Positions 29,452 through 39,456 of a stretch of 64,000 nt of DNA are shown piece by piece. Made by a program: the position numbers and the translations under genes. Origin of the DNA: an uncultured Bacteroidales bacterium (GTDB taxonomy: Bacteria > Bacteroidota > Bacteroidia > Bacteroidales > B18-G4); contig CAVWAP010000004.1 of the NCBI GenBank assembly GCA_963753055.1, forward strand, positions 576,479 to 640,478, in the 5' to 3' direction. Within the stretch, counting starts at the first letter, position 1; the number at the start of each line of letters is the position of its first letter. The notes below the pieces were generated by a model, which saw only the letters and a program-made list of their open reading frames with translations, did no database searches and had not been told where the DNA came from.

Positions 29452-30048
29452 TTAATTTATACGCAGATAGGGTTTTATCCTGACAAATGTCTTGTTATTA
29501 ATGCCTTTAGAGGATCGTAAAGCTTCAATATCTCTCATCTGTTTTACTTCTCTCTTATAATTGAAGATCTCCTTCACCATCTCATAATCAAAATACGGAT
29601 GCTTGAGCAGCTCTTTGAATTCAACCTGGTTAATATTAATTCTTAATATTTTGCTTGTATCAACCTCAATGTATTGATGGAATTTCTGGTATCGGATACT
29701 GTCCATGCCATAAACTTCCAACAGTTGTTCTTTCCGGTAATACCCACCCAGTAATTCCCTGTATTTGATAATTCTTTTTGCGAAATAGGAACCTATTCCA
29801 GGCAGTGAGATCAAGGCACTGGTGTCTGCCGAATTGATTTCTATTGTGTGTGGTCTGTTCTGAGCTTCCTGGGCAGCAAGGTAACCATCAATTTCCATTT
29901 TAAATGCCTGATAATCGTAAGTAGGATAACTTACCAGGTTGGGAATAAATTGATTATAAAGGATGAGTGCGAAGATGATGCTCAGAAGAATAAATATGCC
30001 TCTTCTTTCATGTTTGGAATAATTGAAATACTCTTTTAAAACAGACAT
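29452..30048 (-). CDS. ComEA-like helix-hairpin-helix DNA-binding protein
   Basis: N-terminal TM, then HhH motifs (LISLPGIGSYFAKRII). Confidence 0.6.
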   Translation of the reverse strand: MSVLKEYFNYSKHERRGIFILLSIIFALILYNQFIPNLVSYPTYDYQAFKMEIDGYLAAQEAQNRPHTIEINSADTSALISLPGIGSYFAKRIIKYRELLGGYYRKEQLLEVYGMDSIRYQKFHQYIEVDTSKILRININQVEFKELLKHPYFDYEMVKEIFNYKREVKQMRDIEALRSSKGINNKTFVRIKPYLRIN

Positions 30049-30090
30049 GACTTTTATTAGTTAATACCCAAAAAAGTCATTTGTTCCCTT

Positions 30091-31455
30091 TTAAAACTTA
30101 AGGATGTCTAGTTGGTAAAGGAAAACGATAGCAATGGCAATTGGTGCAAAGAACCTTACAAGGACCATGAAAAGCCAGAAGAATTTTGCCTTGAAGGTAC
30201 CCTGATTTGATAGTTCATCCCTCACACTCTTTCTGCCCAGGAACCAGCCTGTGAAGATGACGATAAAGAATGCACCTACCGGAAGAAAGATATTGGCCAC
30301 ACTGTAATCTACGATGGAGAACAGGTTCATGTCACCGATAGCCAGGTTATCCAGCGGACCCTGTGAAAGCGTACAAAATACGCCGATAAATGTTATAAGG
30401 AAAGCCACCACAACAGTTGCCTTTTTACGATTGATATTAAGCTCTTCTGAACAGAATGCGACGACGACCTCCAGCAGTGAGATAGTGGAGGTGAGTGCTG
30501 CAATAACCAGTAGGATAAAAAACATTATTGCCCAGATATAGCCTCCTGCCATCTGCTGGAAAATATTGGGAAGGGTAATAAAAATCAAGGCTTCACCCTC
30601 GGCAGGATCAATACCGAAAGCAAATACTGCAGGGAAGATTGCTATCCCGGCCAGTACTGCAATCAGGGTGTCGGAGGCTGTTACAGTATAGGCTATATTC
30701 GGTAATTTATCTTTTTTGCTGATATATGAACCGTAGGTAATCAAGGTCCCCATACCTATGCTCAGGGAGAAGGCAGCCTGCCCCAATGCCTGTACGATCA
30801 CAGCTGGAGTGATTTTTGAAAAATCAGGTGTAAAAAGGAATCTTAATCCTTCCATGGCCCCGGGTAAGGTTATGGAACGGATACAGATAACAATGATCAG
30901 CACCAGCAGCAATGGCATCAATATCTTGGCGTACTTTTCAATGCCATGACGAATGCCATGGTACACGATCCATGCTGTCAATCCCATAAATATTACCTGC
31001 CAGATAACCGGCATCAGGCCATCTTTTTGAAAACTGTCGAACATTACACTAAGGTCAGATGTGCCTTTACCACTAAAGCCATTGGCAACCGATTGGTAAA
31101 GGTATTCCAGGGTCCAGCCTGCAATGGTACTGTAATAGGCGAGAACAAAAAATGCCCCTGCGATACCTATCAGCCCGATCAGGTACCAGGGTTGGTTGGG
31201 TTTGAGTTTTTTAAATGAACCAAATGCATTTCTTTGCCCTCTTCTACCAATGACAATTTCCGAGAGCAGCACAGGGGTCCCAATGGCTGCAATGAACAAC
31301 AGGTAGACAATCAGGAAGGCAGCACCTCCGTTTTCTCCAGCTATATAAGGAAAGCGCCAGATGTTTCCCAAACCGATCACTGATCCGGCAGTAGCAGCGA
31401 TCACACCTATTTTCGAACCGAAACTGTCTCTTTTTGTAAAGTCGAATTTTGCCAT
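30091..31455 (-). CDS. Sodium-dependent transporter, NSS (SNF) family
   Basis: GLGNIWRFPY signature and 11-12 TM topology. Confidence 0.9.
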   Translation of the reverse strand: MAKFDFTKRDSFGSKIGVIAATAGSVIGLGNIWRFPYIAGENGGAAFLIVYLLFIAAIGTPVLLSEIVIGRRGQRNAFGSFKKLKPNQPWYLIGLIGIAGAFFVLAYYSTIAGWTLEYLYQSVANGFSGKGTSDLSVMFDSFQKDGLMPVIWQVIFMGLTAWIVYHGIRHGIEKYAKILMPLLLVLIIVICIRSITLPGAMEGLRFLFTPDFSKITPAVIVQALGQAAFSLSIGMGTLITYGSYISKKDKLPNIAYTVTASDTLIAVLAGIAIFPAVFAFGIDPAEGEALIFITLPNIFQQMAGGYIWAIMFFILLVIAALTSTISLLEVVVAFCSEELNINRKKATVVVAFLITFIGVFCTLSQGPLDNLAIGDMNLFSIVDYSVANIFLPVGAFFIVIFTGWFLGRKSVRDELSNQGTFKAKFFWLFMVLVRFFAPIAIAIVFLYQLDILKF

Positions 31456-31498
31456 TAAGGAAATGCTTCGTGGTTTGGATTACAAGTATAGTAAAAAA

Positions 31499-31546
31499 GT
31501 GATTAAGTGATTAGGTGATTAAGTGATTAGGTGATTAGGTGATTGA
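31499..31546. repeat. Six tandem octamers GTGATTAR
   Basis: Read directly: gtgattaa gtgattag gtgattaa gtgattag gtgattag gtgattga. Confidence 0.9.
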
Positions 31547-31567
31547 GTTCTTTCTGATCACAGGCCT

Positions 31568-31587
31568 GCCCCTGCAAAGGCAGGGGT
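31568..31587 (-). terminator. Hairpin downstream of the AGCS gene (possible terminator, no U-tract)
   Basis: 7-8 bp GC-rich stem cccctgc / gcagggg, loop aaag, 7 nt after the TGA stop at 31594. Confidence 0.35.
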
Positions 31588-31593
31588 CACAGG

Positions 31594-33246
31594 TCACTTA
31601 TATCTCTTTATTTCCCCCGCCTTCAACCTTCTCCAATATGAATTAAGATCTCGCCGGACCTCCGGAGCCAGTATAACAAGGCCAATAATATTAGGAAAAG
31701 CCATGCACAGGATCATCATATCGGAGAAGTCAAGCACAGTAAGCAGGTTGGAGGATGTCCCAACGACAATACAGCTCAGAAAGAATACACGGTAGATTGT
31801 GTCTGTGTATTTACGGGAACCAAGATACTTTTCACCAAGACTTCCGAACAGGTAATCAAAGCCTTTCTGGCCATAATAAGACCAGGAAATCAGGGTGGAG
31901 AAGGCAAATAGTGTAACCGCTATGAGCAACAGGAATGGAAACCAGGAAAAGACTGATCCGAAAGCAGCAGAAGTCAGCTGCACACCTTCCAGTCCGCTTG
32001 AGCCATCATGCATGCCGGTGAAAATTATTACCAGTGCAGTCATGCTGCAAACTACTATGGTGTCCACAAAGGGTTCAAGCAGGGCTACGATACCTTCGCT
32101 AACAGGCTCGTCTGTTTTTGCGGTTGCATGCGCAATGGAAGCGGACCCTATGCCTGCTTCATTTGAGAATGCCCCTCTCTGGAAACCGAAAATCAAAACC
32201 CCGACAAATCCTCCCTTTAATGCTTCAGGCGAAAAGGCCCCATTGATGATCAACATAAAAGCATCATCGGCAAAGTGGATGTTCATGATAATGATAACCA
32301 TAGCTGTACCAACATACAGCAAGGCCATGAAAGGAACTATCTTGGATGTTACGCTGGCAATATTCTTGATGCCACCAATGATAACTACTCCTACTAGAAA
32401 TGCAAGCACCACTCCATACCAGAAACCAAATCTGGCAGTTGCCGGGAAAAACAATGCAAACTGCTCAAAAGCCTGGTTGGATTGCATCATATTTCCTCCC
32501 CCGATAGACCCTCCAATCACCAGGATGGCAAACAATAATGCCAGGAATTTACCAAGGAAGCCCAGTTTTTTCTTCTTCAAGCCATCCCTGAGGTAATACA
32601 TTGCTCCTCCTGAAACCTGCCCGTCCTTGTCTATTTTCCTGTATTTCACACCCAGTGTACATTCGGTGAACTTGGAGGACATGCCCAGGAACCCGGCCAG
32701 TATCATCCAGAAGGTTGCACCGGGACCACCAATAGAAATAGCCAGTGCAACGCCTGCAATATTTCCAAGCCCCACTGTGGCCGAAAGCGCAGTGGTCAGC
32801 GCCCGGAAATGAGATACCTCACCTTTATCGCCTGGCTTATCATATTTGCCCCTTACCAGGTCAATAGCATGCTTGAATCCGCGTACGTTGATGAACCGCA
32901 TAAGGATTGTGAAGATCAGGGCTCCAACGATCAACCATACTACGATTAGTTTCAGGGGGGCCAGGACTGGCTCTCCTTCATCATCATTAACAACCTGCCC
33001 TTTTTCATCATAAACATGTGGATCATAAATCCCTGCAGCTGAGAAAGGGTCCCAGAACAGAATTTCGCTAAGGTATTCAACAACAGGTGTAAAAGCACGA
33101 TCAATCCGATCGCTAATAGTAAGAACAGTATCCTGCTCCTCCACCACGGTAACTAAACTATCGCTTTCCGCTTCCCCAAGACATTCGAACGAAAGCAACA
33201 ATAATAAAATACCTATGAAAGTTTTTATTTGAATTATTCTTGCCAT
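31594..33246 (-). CDS. Alanine/glycine:cation symporter (AGCS family) with N-terminal extension
   Basis: TALSATVGLGNIAGVA signature. About 90-aa N-terminal extension with a signal-peptide-like segment and an acidic stretch. Confidence 0.9.
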   Translation of the reverse strand: MARIIQIKTFIGILLLLLSFECLGEAESDSLVTVVEEQDTVLTISDRIDRAFTPVVEYLSEILFWDPFSAAGIYDPHVYDEKGQVVNDDEGEPVLAPLKLIVVWLIVGALIFTILMRFINVRGFKHAIDLVRGKYDKPGDKGEVSHFRALTTALSATVGLGNIAGVALAISIGGPGATFWMILAGFLGMSSKFTECTLGVKYRKIDKDGQVSGGAMYYLRDGLKKKKLGFLGKFLALLFAILVIGGSIGGGNMMQSNQAFEQFALFFPATARFGFWYGVVLAFLVGVVIIGGIKNIASVTSKIVPFMALLYVGTAMVIIIMNIHFADDAFMLIINGAFSPEALKGGFVGVLIFGFQRGAFSNEAGIGSASIAHATAKTDEPVSEGIVALLEPFVDTIVVCSMTALVIIFTGMHDGSSGLEGVQLTSAAFGSVFSWFPFLLLIAVTLFAFSTLISWSYYGQKGFDYLFGSLGEKYLGSRKYTDTIYRVFFLSCIVVGTSSNLLTVLDFSDMMILCMAFPNIIGLVILAPEVRRDLNSYWRRLKAGEIKRYK

Positions 33247-34661
33247 TCTGCCTTTCTACGTTTTTGTTTATCAAGCTTTTTCATCTCATCGAAGTACCAC
33301 CTTGTTTCTTTCATTACAACGGGTGCCAGGAGAAGTAGGGCAATAAGATTAGGGATAGTCATAAAGGTGATGACCATGTCGACGACGTGCCAGACCAGGT
33401 CAATGCCCCAGATACAACCCAGGAAAACAAAAATAGCATAGAGGTATCGATAAGGTTTTATAAATTTCTCGCCCAATAAATAATTGGCAGCACGTGTTCC
33501 ATAATATGACCAGCTGATCACTGTTGAGAAGGCAAAGAGCATAAGGCCACCGGCAACAATATGTCTTCCAACACCTTCTATCCCCAGCCGGGTTAAACCT
33601 GTCTCAACACCTACGATGGTCATTCCAACCCCTTTCACCCCGGAATCCCAGGCACCTGTAACGATGATCACCAGGGCAGTCAGGGTACAGATGATCAGTG
33701 TGTCTATCAATGGCTCCAGGGAGGCTACAAGCCCTTCCCTGGCAGGGTACTCTGTTCGGGCAGCAGCATGAGCAATAGGGGCTGATCCCTGGCCCGCTTC
33801 GTTGGAGAATAGACCTCTGCGGACCCCCCATACCATGGTCATGATGAAAGCTGATCCGACAAATCCACCAGTGGCAGCAGTACCGGTAAAGGCATCATGG
33901 AAGATCAGATGGAAAGCGGCGGGGATATGATCATACATGATAACCAGGATACTGACTGCGCTCAGAAAGTACAATATGGCCATTAGGGGTACTAATTTGC
34001 TTGTTACCTCTGCAATACGTTTGATACCGCCAACAATGACCAGCAATACCAGGGCAGTAATGATCAAGCCTGAAATCCATGTTGGGATGTCATAATTGGT
34101 CAGCAAGGCATCACTCATGGAGTTGGACTGGGCCATATTACCTGTACCCAGAGAGCATAAGATAGTAGCAATGGCGAAAATTACAGCAAGGACCTTGGCA
34201 AAATTGCCCAGCTTATCCTTCAATCCATGTTCCATATAGTACATCGGCCCGCCAGAAACGGTCCCATCCGTATTAAACTGCCTGTACTTATGGGATAGGG
34301 TGCATTCAGTGTATTTAAGGATCATGCCAAGAAAGCCGGTAACCCACATCCAGAATATTGAGCCCGGGCCACCAAAATATATGGCCAGTGACACACCCAC
34401 GATATTCCCGGTTCCTACAGTTGCTGACAGGGCGGTGGTCAATGCTTTGAAATGATTGACATCACCTTTATCTCCTGGCTTGTCATATTTCCCGGCAACC
34501 ACTTTTATGGAATGCCATATTTTGGTAACATTCAGAAATTTTAACCTAAATATGAAGTATAACCCTGTTGGGATCAACATAAATAAAACCAGGTATCCGC
34601 CTACGTAGTTGTTATATGTTACAACGATGGAGTCGATGAATTCGAGGAATGGATGCGTCAT
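33234..34661 (-). CDS. Alanine/glycine:cation symporter (AGCS family)
   Basis: TALSATVGTGNIVGVS signature. Start moved to ATG 34661 (MTHPFLEFIDS). 13-nt overlap with the downstream paralog. Confidence 0.9.
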   Translation of the reverse strand: MTHPFLEFIDSIVVTYNNYVGGYLVLFMLIPTGLYFIFRLKFLNVTKIWHSIKVVAGKYDKPGDKGDVNHFKALTTALSATVGTGNIVGVSLAIYFGGPGSIFWMWVTGFLGMILKYTECTLSHKYRQFNTDGTVSGGPMYYMEHGLKDKLGNFAKVLAVIFAIATILCSLGTGNMAQSNSMSDALLTNYDIPTWISGLIITALVLLVIVGGIKRIAEVTSKLVPLMAILYFLSAVSILVIMYDHIPAAFHLIFHDAFTGTAATGGFVGSAFIMTMVWGVRRGLFSNEAGQGSAPIAHAAARTEYPAREGLVASLEPLIDTLIICTLTALVIIVTGAWDSGVKGVGMTIVGVETGLTRLGIEGVGRHIVAGGLMLFAFSTVISWSYYGTRAANYLLGEKFIKPYRYLYAIFVFLGCIWGIDLVWHVVDMVITFMTIPNLIALLLLAPVVMKETRWYFDEMKKLDKQKRRKAEWQE

Positions 34662-34770
34662 GAATTGTCTTTTTGGCTTTGGCTCAGGCAAATTTGGGGA
34701 AAAAACTCCGATCTTCAAAGCTTCTTGATGAAAAATAATTTTGTACTTTTATAAATATCAAGAATATTGC

Positions 34771-36663
34771 ATGTTTCCGCTAAATATTTCTTTCCATTTC
34801 GATTACCTGCCACTCCTTATTGTGGTCGCCATTGCATGGTTCGTGCCAATAATGATGTCTTTATTGAGAGTCCAAAGGGTCCCAACAGTCATTGTTGAGA
34901 TTATTGTGGGGTTCCTGGTAGGCTATTATTTGCTTGGCTATGCCTCGGAAGATAGTCTCCGGATACTTGATTTCCTGGCACTTACAGGCTTCCTTTTTCT
35001 GATGTTCCTGAGTGGACTTGAAATCGATGTTGACCAGATAATCTTATCTCTGCCACGCCGAAAACTTACCATTTCCCGCTACCTGAAAAATCCGTTACTG
35101 GTAGGTCTGACCTATTTCTTTATCACCTTATTTCTTTCTGTCGGCGGTGCTTTCATTTTATCTTTATTCGTTGACATCCCAAGTATCTGGTATTTTGCAC
35201 TGATCATGATTACTACTTCTGTAGGAATCATTTTTCCGGTATTAAAAAGTAGGGGGGAGACTTCCGGGCATTTTGGCCAGATGATGATTATTGCAGCTGC
35301 AATAGCCGATATCTTGAGTATCATCCTTTTCACTTTTACTGCTTATATCATACGTAAAGGATTTCAGTTCGAGTTATTGCTGGTTATTGGCCTCTTTGTT
35401 TTGTTCTATGTATTCTACATCCTTGGTAAGAAGTTGAACAATGTGTTATTTCAGAGAATTACCTTTCAGCTTTCACATGCAGCATCACAGATCAGCATCC
35501 GCGGGACACTACTATTGATCCTCATATTCGTAGTCCTTTCTCAATTTCTGGGTGTTGAGGTAATGCTCCTGGGGGCTTTTCTCAGTGGACTTCTGCTGTC
35601 ATTGTTCTTGCATAAAGACAGATCGTTATTGATACTGAAACTTGACGGCATGGGTTTTGGATTTTTTATCCCTGTGTTTTTTATCATGGTAGGTGCTAAG
35701 TTTGAACCTGCTGCATTCACTGAGTTTGATCAATCACTTATTGTATTCCTGGTCCTATTGCTGATCACATTATATGCTGTTAAAGTCCTGCCATCATTGA
35801 TATGGGCCCGGTTGTTTGGTACACAAAGAGCTATTGCTGGCGGATTCCTGATGGCTTCAAGGCTCAGTCTTATCATTGCAGCCGCGGCCATCGGACTCGA
35901 CCTGGGAATCATTACACCCGGTATCAATGCAAGTTTTATCTTTCTTGCGGTAATCACATGCTTTATCTCCCCGGTCATTTATAACAACCTCAACCCTATA
36001 GATCACCTTGCCGGTTCTAAAACAGTTATTGTCGGAGGAAGCAGCATAGGTGTTCTTCTGGCAAGAAGGCTCAAGATGCATGGTAAGGCCTCTGTAATTA
36101 TTGAGAAGGATGATAAGCGATTTGGTGAAATCAAGTCCAAAGGACTGGATGTTTTGAAAGGGAATGGTCTTGATGCCCATCTTTATGAAAGAATTAATCT
36201 GAACCCGGGGAATTATGTAGTTGTTGAAACTGGTTCTGACAACATGAATGTTAATATTTGCGAGGTCCTCAGGAAGGAGCTTGGCCATGAAAAGATTATT
36301 TCAAAATCAGGTAATTCCCGGGTGGCTGAAGCTCTCAAACAGTTGAATGTTGAACTGCTTGATGCCAGGAGGGTGCTGGCAACGACCATAGAAAGCCTGA
36401 TCATCATGCCAACAACCTACCATGCACTGTTGGATACTTTTGAAGATTACAGGGTTGAAGAGATTATATTAAGTTTGAAAGGTGTTGATGGCTTGCAGAT
36501 TAAGGATATTCCTTTTCATAAAGATGGTACCGTTATCATGATAAGAAGGGGCTCCGATGTTTATGTTCCACATGGAGATACATACCTTAGGATTGGCGAC
36601 TTATTGACAGTCTTTGGTACAGGTACTGCACTGGATGAGATTCGTAAGGTCTTGGTTTCCTGA
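34771..36663 (+). CDS. CPA2-family cation:proton antiporter fused to RCK/TrkA domains
   Basis: Na+/H+ exchanger-type membrane domain followed by VIVGGSSIGVLLARRL (Rossmann RCK-N) and a TrkA-C-like end. Start moved to ATG 34771. Confidence 0.8.
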   Translation: MFPLNISFHFDYLPLLIVVAIAWFVPIMMSLLRVQRVPTVIVEIIVGFLVGYYLLGYASEDSLRILDFLALTGFLFLMFLSGLEIDVDQIILSLPRRKLTISRYLKNPLLVGLTYFFITLFLSVGGAFILSLFVDIPSIWYFALIMITTSVGIIFPVLKSRGETSGHFGQMMIIAAAIADILSIILFTFTAYIIRKGFQFELLLVIGLFVLFYVFYILGKKLNNVLFQRITFQLSHAASQISIRGTLLLILIFVVLSQFLGVEVMLLGAFLSGLLLSLFLHKDRSLLILKLDGMGFGFFIPVFFIMVGAKFEPAAFTEFDQSLIVFLVLLLITLYAVKVLPSLIWARLFGTQRAIAGGFLMASRLSLIIAAAAIGLDLGIITPGINASFIFLAVITCFISPVIYNNLNPIDHLAGSKTVIVGGSSIGVLLARRLKMHGKASVIIEKDDKRFGEIKSKGLDVLKGNGLDAHLYERINLNPGNYVVVETGSDNMNVNICEVLRKELGHEKIISKSGNSRVAEALKQLNVELLDARRVLATTIESLIIMPTTYHALLDTFEDYRVEEIILSLKGVDGLQIKDIPFHKDGTVIMIRRGSDVYVPHGDTYLRIGDLLTVFGTGTALDEIRKVLVS

Positions 36664-36672
36664 TGTATATAG

Positions 36673-37713
36673 CTAAGAGTGCAGAATGGTCTTCATGGTA
36701 TTAATCTGCTCGGTCGTACCCAGTACAAATAGTTTTGAACCTGGGATAACATTGGTTTCAGGTGAGGGATTGAGGATGAATTCACCTTCCGGGGTCTTAA
36801 AGCCGATAATATTTGCTCCGGACTTCTGACGGATACCAATCTCATGAATAGACTTACAACTGACATCACTTGGAAGATCAGAACATACTATTTCCTCCAG
36901 GTTGGTCGGTGAACTACCCCTGATTGAAAGATGTTCGAGAAATTCAACCACATCAGGTTGTGCAACAAGCACAGCCATATGATTGCCACCGACCTTTTCA
37001 GGCAGGATGACATTGTTAGCCCCTGCTACACGCAGTTTCTTTTCCGAGCTTTCACTGGAGGCGCGACTGATTATTTTTAGATTTGAATTCAATGACCTTG
37101 CTGACAATACAACGAAAAGATTGTCGGCATCATTTGGCAAGGTTGTGATCAGTGCACTGGCTGATTTGATATTGGCATTGAGCAAGACCTCGTCGTTGGT
37201 TGCATCTCCTTCCATGAACCTGAACTGTTGATCAAGATTTTGAATGACTAAATCATGATCATTCTCGATAACTATCAGCGACTTATTGAAAGTTCTCAGC
37301 TCTTCTGCAGCCTGCTGTCCGTTCCTGCCAAATCCACATATGATAACATGGTTTTCCATTTTCGTAAATTTTACTTTGCTTTTGCTTCCTTTTAGAAACC
37401 AGAGGCTTAATTTACTTTCAACAAAGTATGTTGTTATAATTGATATCGCATAAGCATATGTTCCAAAACTAAACATGATTAAGAAAATAGTAAAAATCTT
37501 ACCCCCGTCTGTCAGCTTATGGATCTCTCCAAAACCCACAGTTGAGATTGTAATAATTGTCATATACAATGCATTGAGAAAAGTATCTCCCTCAATGGTA
37601 ATATATCCAATAATACCAACAACGACCAGAGTGAGTAATAAAACTATTGCGGTTTTGATTCTTCTGCCCGGGCTATAACTTTCCAATTTGCTTATGATTA
37701 GCTGTTTCAGCAA
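36673..37713 (-). CDS. Potassium channel with RCK (TrkA-N/TrkA-C) domains
   Basis: Selectivity filter TVGFGE, then HVIICGFGRNGQ Rossmann motif. Confidence 0.85.
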   Translation of the reverse strand: MLKQLIISKLESYSPGRRIKTAIVLLLTLVVVGIIGYITIEGDTFLNALYMTIITISTVGFGEIHKLTDGGKIFTIFLIMFSFGTYAYAISIITTYFVESKLSLWFLKGSKSKVKFTKMENHVIICGFGRNGQQAAEELRTFNKSLIVIENDHDLVIQNLDQQFRFMEGDATNDEVLLNANIKSASALITTLPNDADNLFVVLSARSLNSNLKIISRASSESSEKKLRVAGANNVILPEKVGGNHMAVLVAQPDVVEFLEHLSIRGSSPTNLEEIVCSDLPSDVSCKSIHEIGIRQKSGANIIGFKTPEGEFILNPSPETNVIPGSKLFVLGTTEQINTMKTILHS

Positions 37714-37738
37714 AGATAATAATTATCTGCCATCAATC

Positions 37739-39010
37739 TCAGATGTCCTTCATCACCAGCTCTCCAATTTTACATTCCAGGCATTGCTTATTGTCGCACC
37801 TTGTTTTCTTCAGCTGCAGGTACCCCTGGCTTTCAAAAGCTGAAGGAATAGACGCATTGAGCGATTTCCATTTATTGATGGCCTGGTTCTTTTCAGCTGG
37901 CAGAAGCTTCAGGTACCCAATTGCTTTTTTGATGCAGGACGGTTTATCTTTAATATGCCCGTAAACATAATTGAAGGGAACAATTGTATTGATAATAATA
38001 AGTCGAACACTTTCCCTGCCCAGCAGCTTTCTTGATTTTGAAGAGGGCTTATCAAAGATGTAATGTGTGTGCCAGTATACTGATGTACCAGCCTTTAGCT
38101 GCTTAAAGATAACATCAAGCTGTCCTGGCTTGATGAACAGATCGAAGAGGCTTCCGGATTGTCCAAGGAGGTAAGCAAATTGCGCAATTCTTATAGTTGG
38201 GAAGTTTGACGGACGCAGCCTGAGGAAATTCCAGAGGTGGACATCTATCGGATTTAGTGAGTACCTTTTCCTGTAAAGCATATATTCATTCCGTAATTTC
38301 TTATGGTAATCATCCTTAAAATCCTGGTTAAGAAACCCGGCCTGGCCAAATAGCAATGCCTCCAACTCAAAAAGATTATGCTTATGCTTATTGATGATCT
38401 GAACAGGCAATGATTTCGCCAGTAGCTCGAATGCATGGCCGTTTAATTTAAAACCAAAATTAATTGCAAGGAATTGATACAAGGTTTGCTCCCAGTTGAA
38501 ACATTGTAGTATCAGGGCTCTTTCGATAGTTGAAGCTTTTTGATTAAGGCGTTCATGAGTCATGGTGCTTATCCAAGACTGAATCCGGGATTGATCAAGG
38601 GAAGGGAAATTCTTTTCACAGGCGACCCAGCTTTTTCTTTTCATGTACCGCCTGTAATTATCAAAAAGTTCCGTATTGAACTTATTTTCGAGACTCAATG
38701 TTGGTACTGGTTGACCATTCTGAAATATGATTTGTTCATCATTTTTATATACAACATGCAGTATGATATTTTGATACCTCTCATCATGTTGATGCCCATG
38801 CTTATTCCAGTCGGAAGCATGGACATGAATTTCGACATTTCCAGCCCAGAGGGTATCGTTGATCCGGATCCTGGCATTAAAGAAATCCGGTCCTGCATCT
38901 TTATTTAGGACGCCAGGGCTGATGATGGTAAGTAGCTCATCATCAGTTGTTAGCAGCTTGTCTTCAAGTAGCCTGAACTTCCACAGGTAGTAAAGAAAAT
39001 TTTCAGTCAT
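37739..39010 (-). CDS. DUF2851-like conserved hypothetical protein
   Basis: Start moved to ATG 39010. N-terminus MTENFLYYLWKFRL resembles the DUF2851 family (name from memory). Confidence 0.65.
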   Translation of the reverse strand: MTENFLYYLWKFRLLEDKLLTTDDELLTIISPGVLNKDAGPDFFNARIRINDTLWAGNVEIHVHASDWNKHGHQHDERYQNIILHVVYKNDEQIIFQNGQPVPTLSLENKFNTELFDNYRRYMKRKSWVACEKNFPSLDQSRIQSWISTMTHERLNQKASTIERALILQCFNWEQTLYQFLAINFGFKLNGHAFELLAKSLPVQIINKHKHNLFELEALLFGQAGFLNQDFKDDYHKKLRNEYMLYRKRYSLNPIDVHLWNFLRLRPSNFPTIRIAQFAYLLGQSGSLFDLFIKPGQLDVIFKQLKAGTSVYWHTHYIFDKPSSKSRKLLGRESVRLIIINTIVPFNYVYGHIKDKPSCIKKAIGYLKLLPAEKNQAINKWKSLNASIPSAFESQGYLQLKKTRCDNKQCLECKIGELVMKDI

Positions 39011-39083
39011 AAGTATGTAGGTTTGAGTTATGTAATTAGCCCCTATTACTTTATACCATGTGATCAAGAATGTCCCCTAAAAA

Positions 39084-39114
39084 TTTGCTATTCGTAGTAA
39101 TTTTTTTAACTTTG
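39084..39114 (+). promoter_or_regulatory. Bacteroidota-type promoter: -33 TTTG (39084..39087) and -7 taactttg (39107..39114)
   Basis: Both elements are present with a 19-nt spacer, 33 nt upstream of ATG 39147. Confidence 0.45.
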
Positions 39115-39146
39115 TAAACATATTGTTAAATTTTCGTTAAGAAAAT

Positions 39147-39434
39147 ATGAGTCAATCTGATGAATACTTATTGCTCATTGAAAAAAAAGTTCAGGAGCTT
39201 ATCGGATTGTATGAACAACTTAAAATAGAAAACGGAGATTTATTGATAAAAAATGGCGAATTAAATCAGATTATCAAAACCCAATCAGATAGAATTCAAG
39301 AATTAGAGAAAAGAGTTATTAATTTAAAATTAGCAAAGCAATTAACTAACAACAAGGAAGCTTCAGAAGCAAAGAAAAAAATTAATGAAGTATTGCGGGA
39401 GATTGATAAATGTGTTGGATTATTGAGTAAGTAG
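39147..39434 (+). CDS. Coiled-coil protein (ZapB-like?)
   Basis: 95-aa heptad-rich ORF immediately upstream of zapA. Confidence 0.5.
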   Translation: MSQSDEYLLLIEKKVQELIGLYEQLKIENGDLLIKNGELNQIIKTQSDRIQELEKRVINLKLAKQLTNNKEASEAKKKINEVLREIDKCVGLLSK

Positions 39435-39456
39435 GGAAGATACACAATAAGTAAAA

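Noticed and set aside
34662-34770. Glycine riboswitch upstream of the AGCS symporters, or a TPP or other riboswitch upstream of E1 or the transporters
   Set aside because: The spacers are short, and I could not find the conserved glycine-aptamer cores or any comparably structured element. Only an Rfam scan could exclude it fully.
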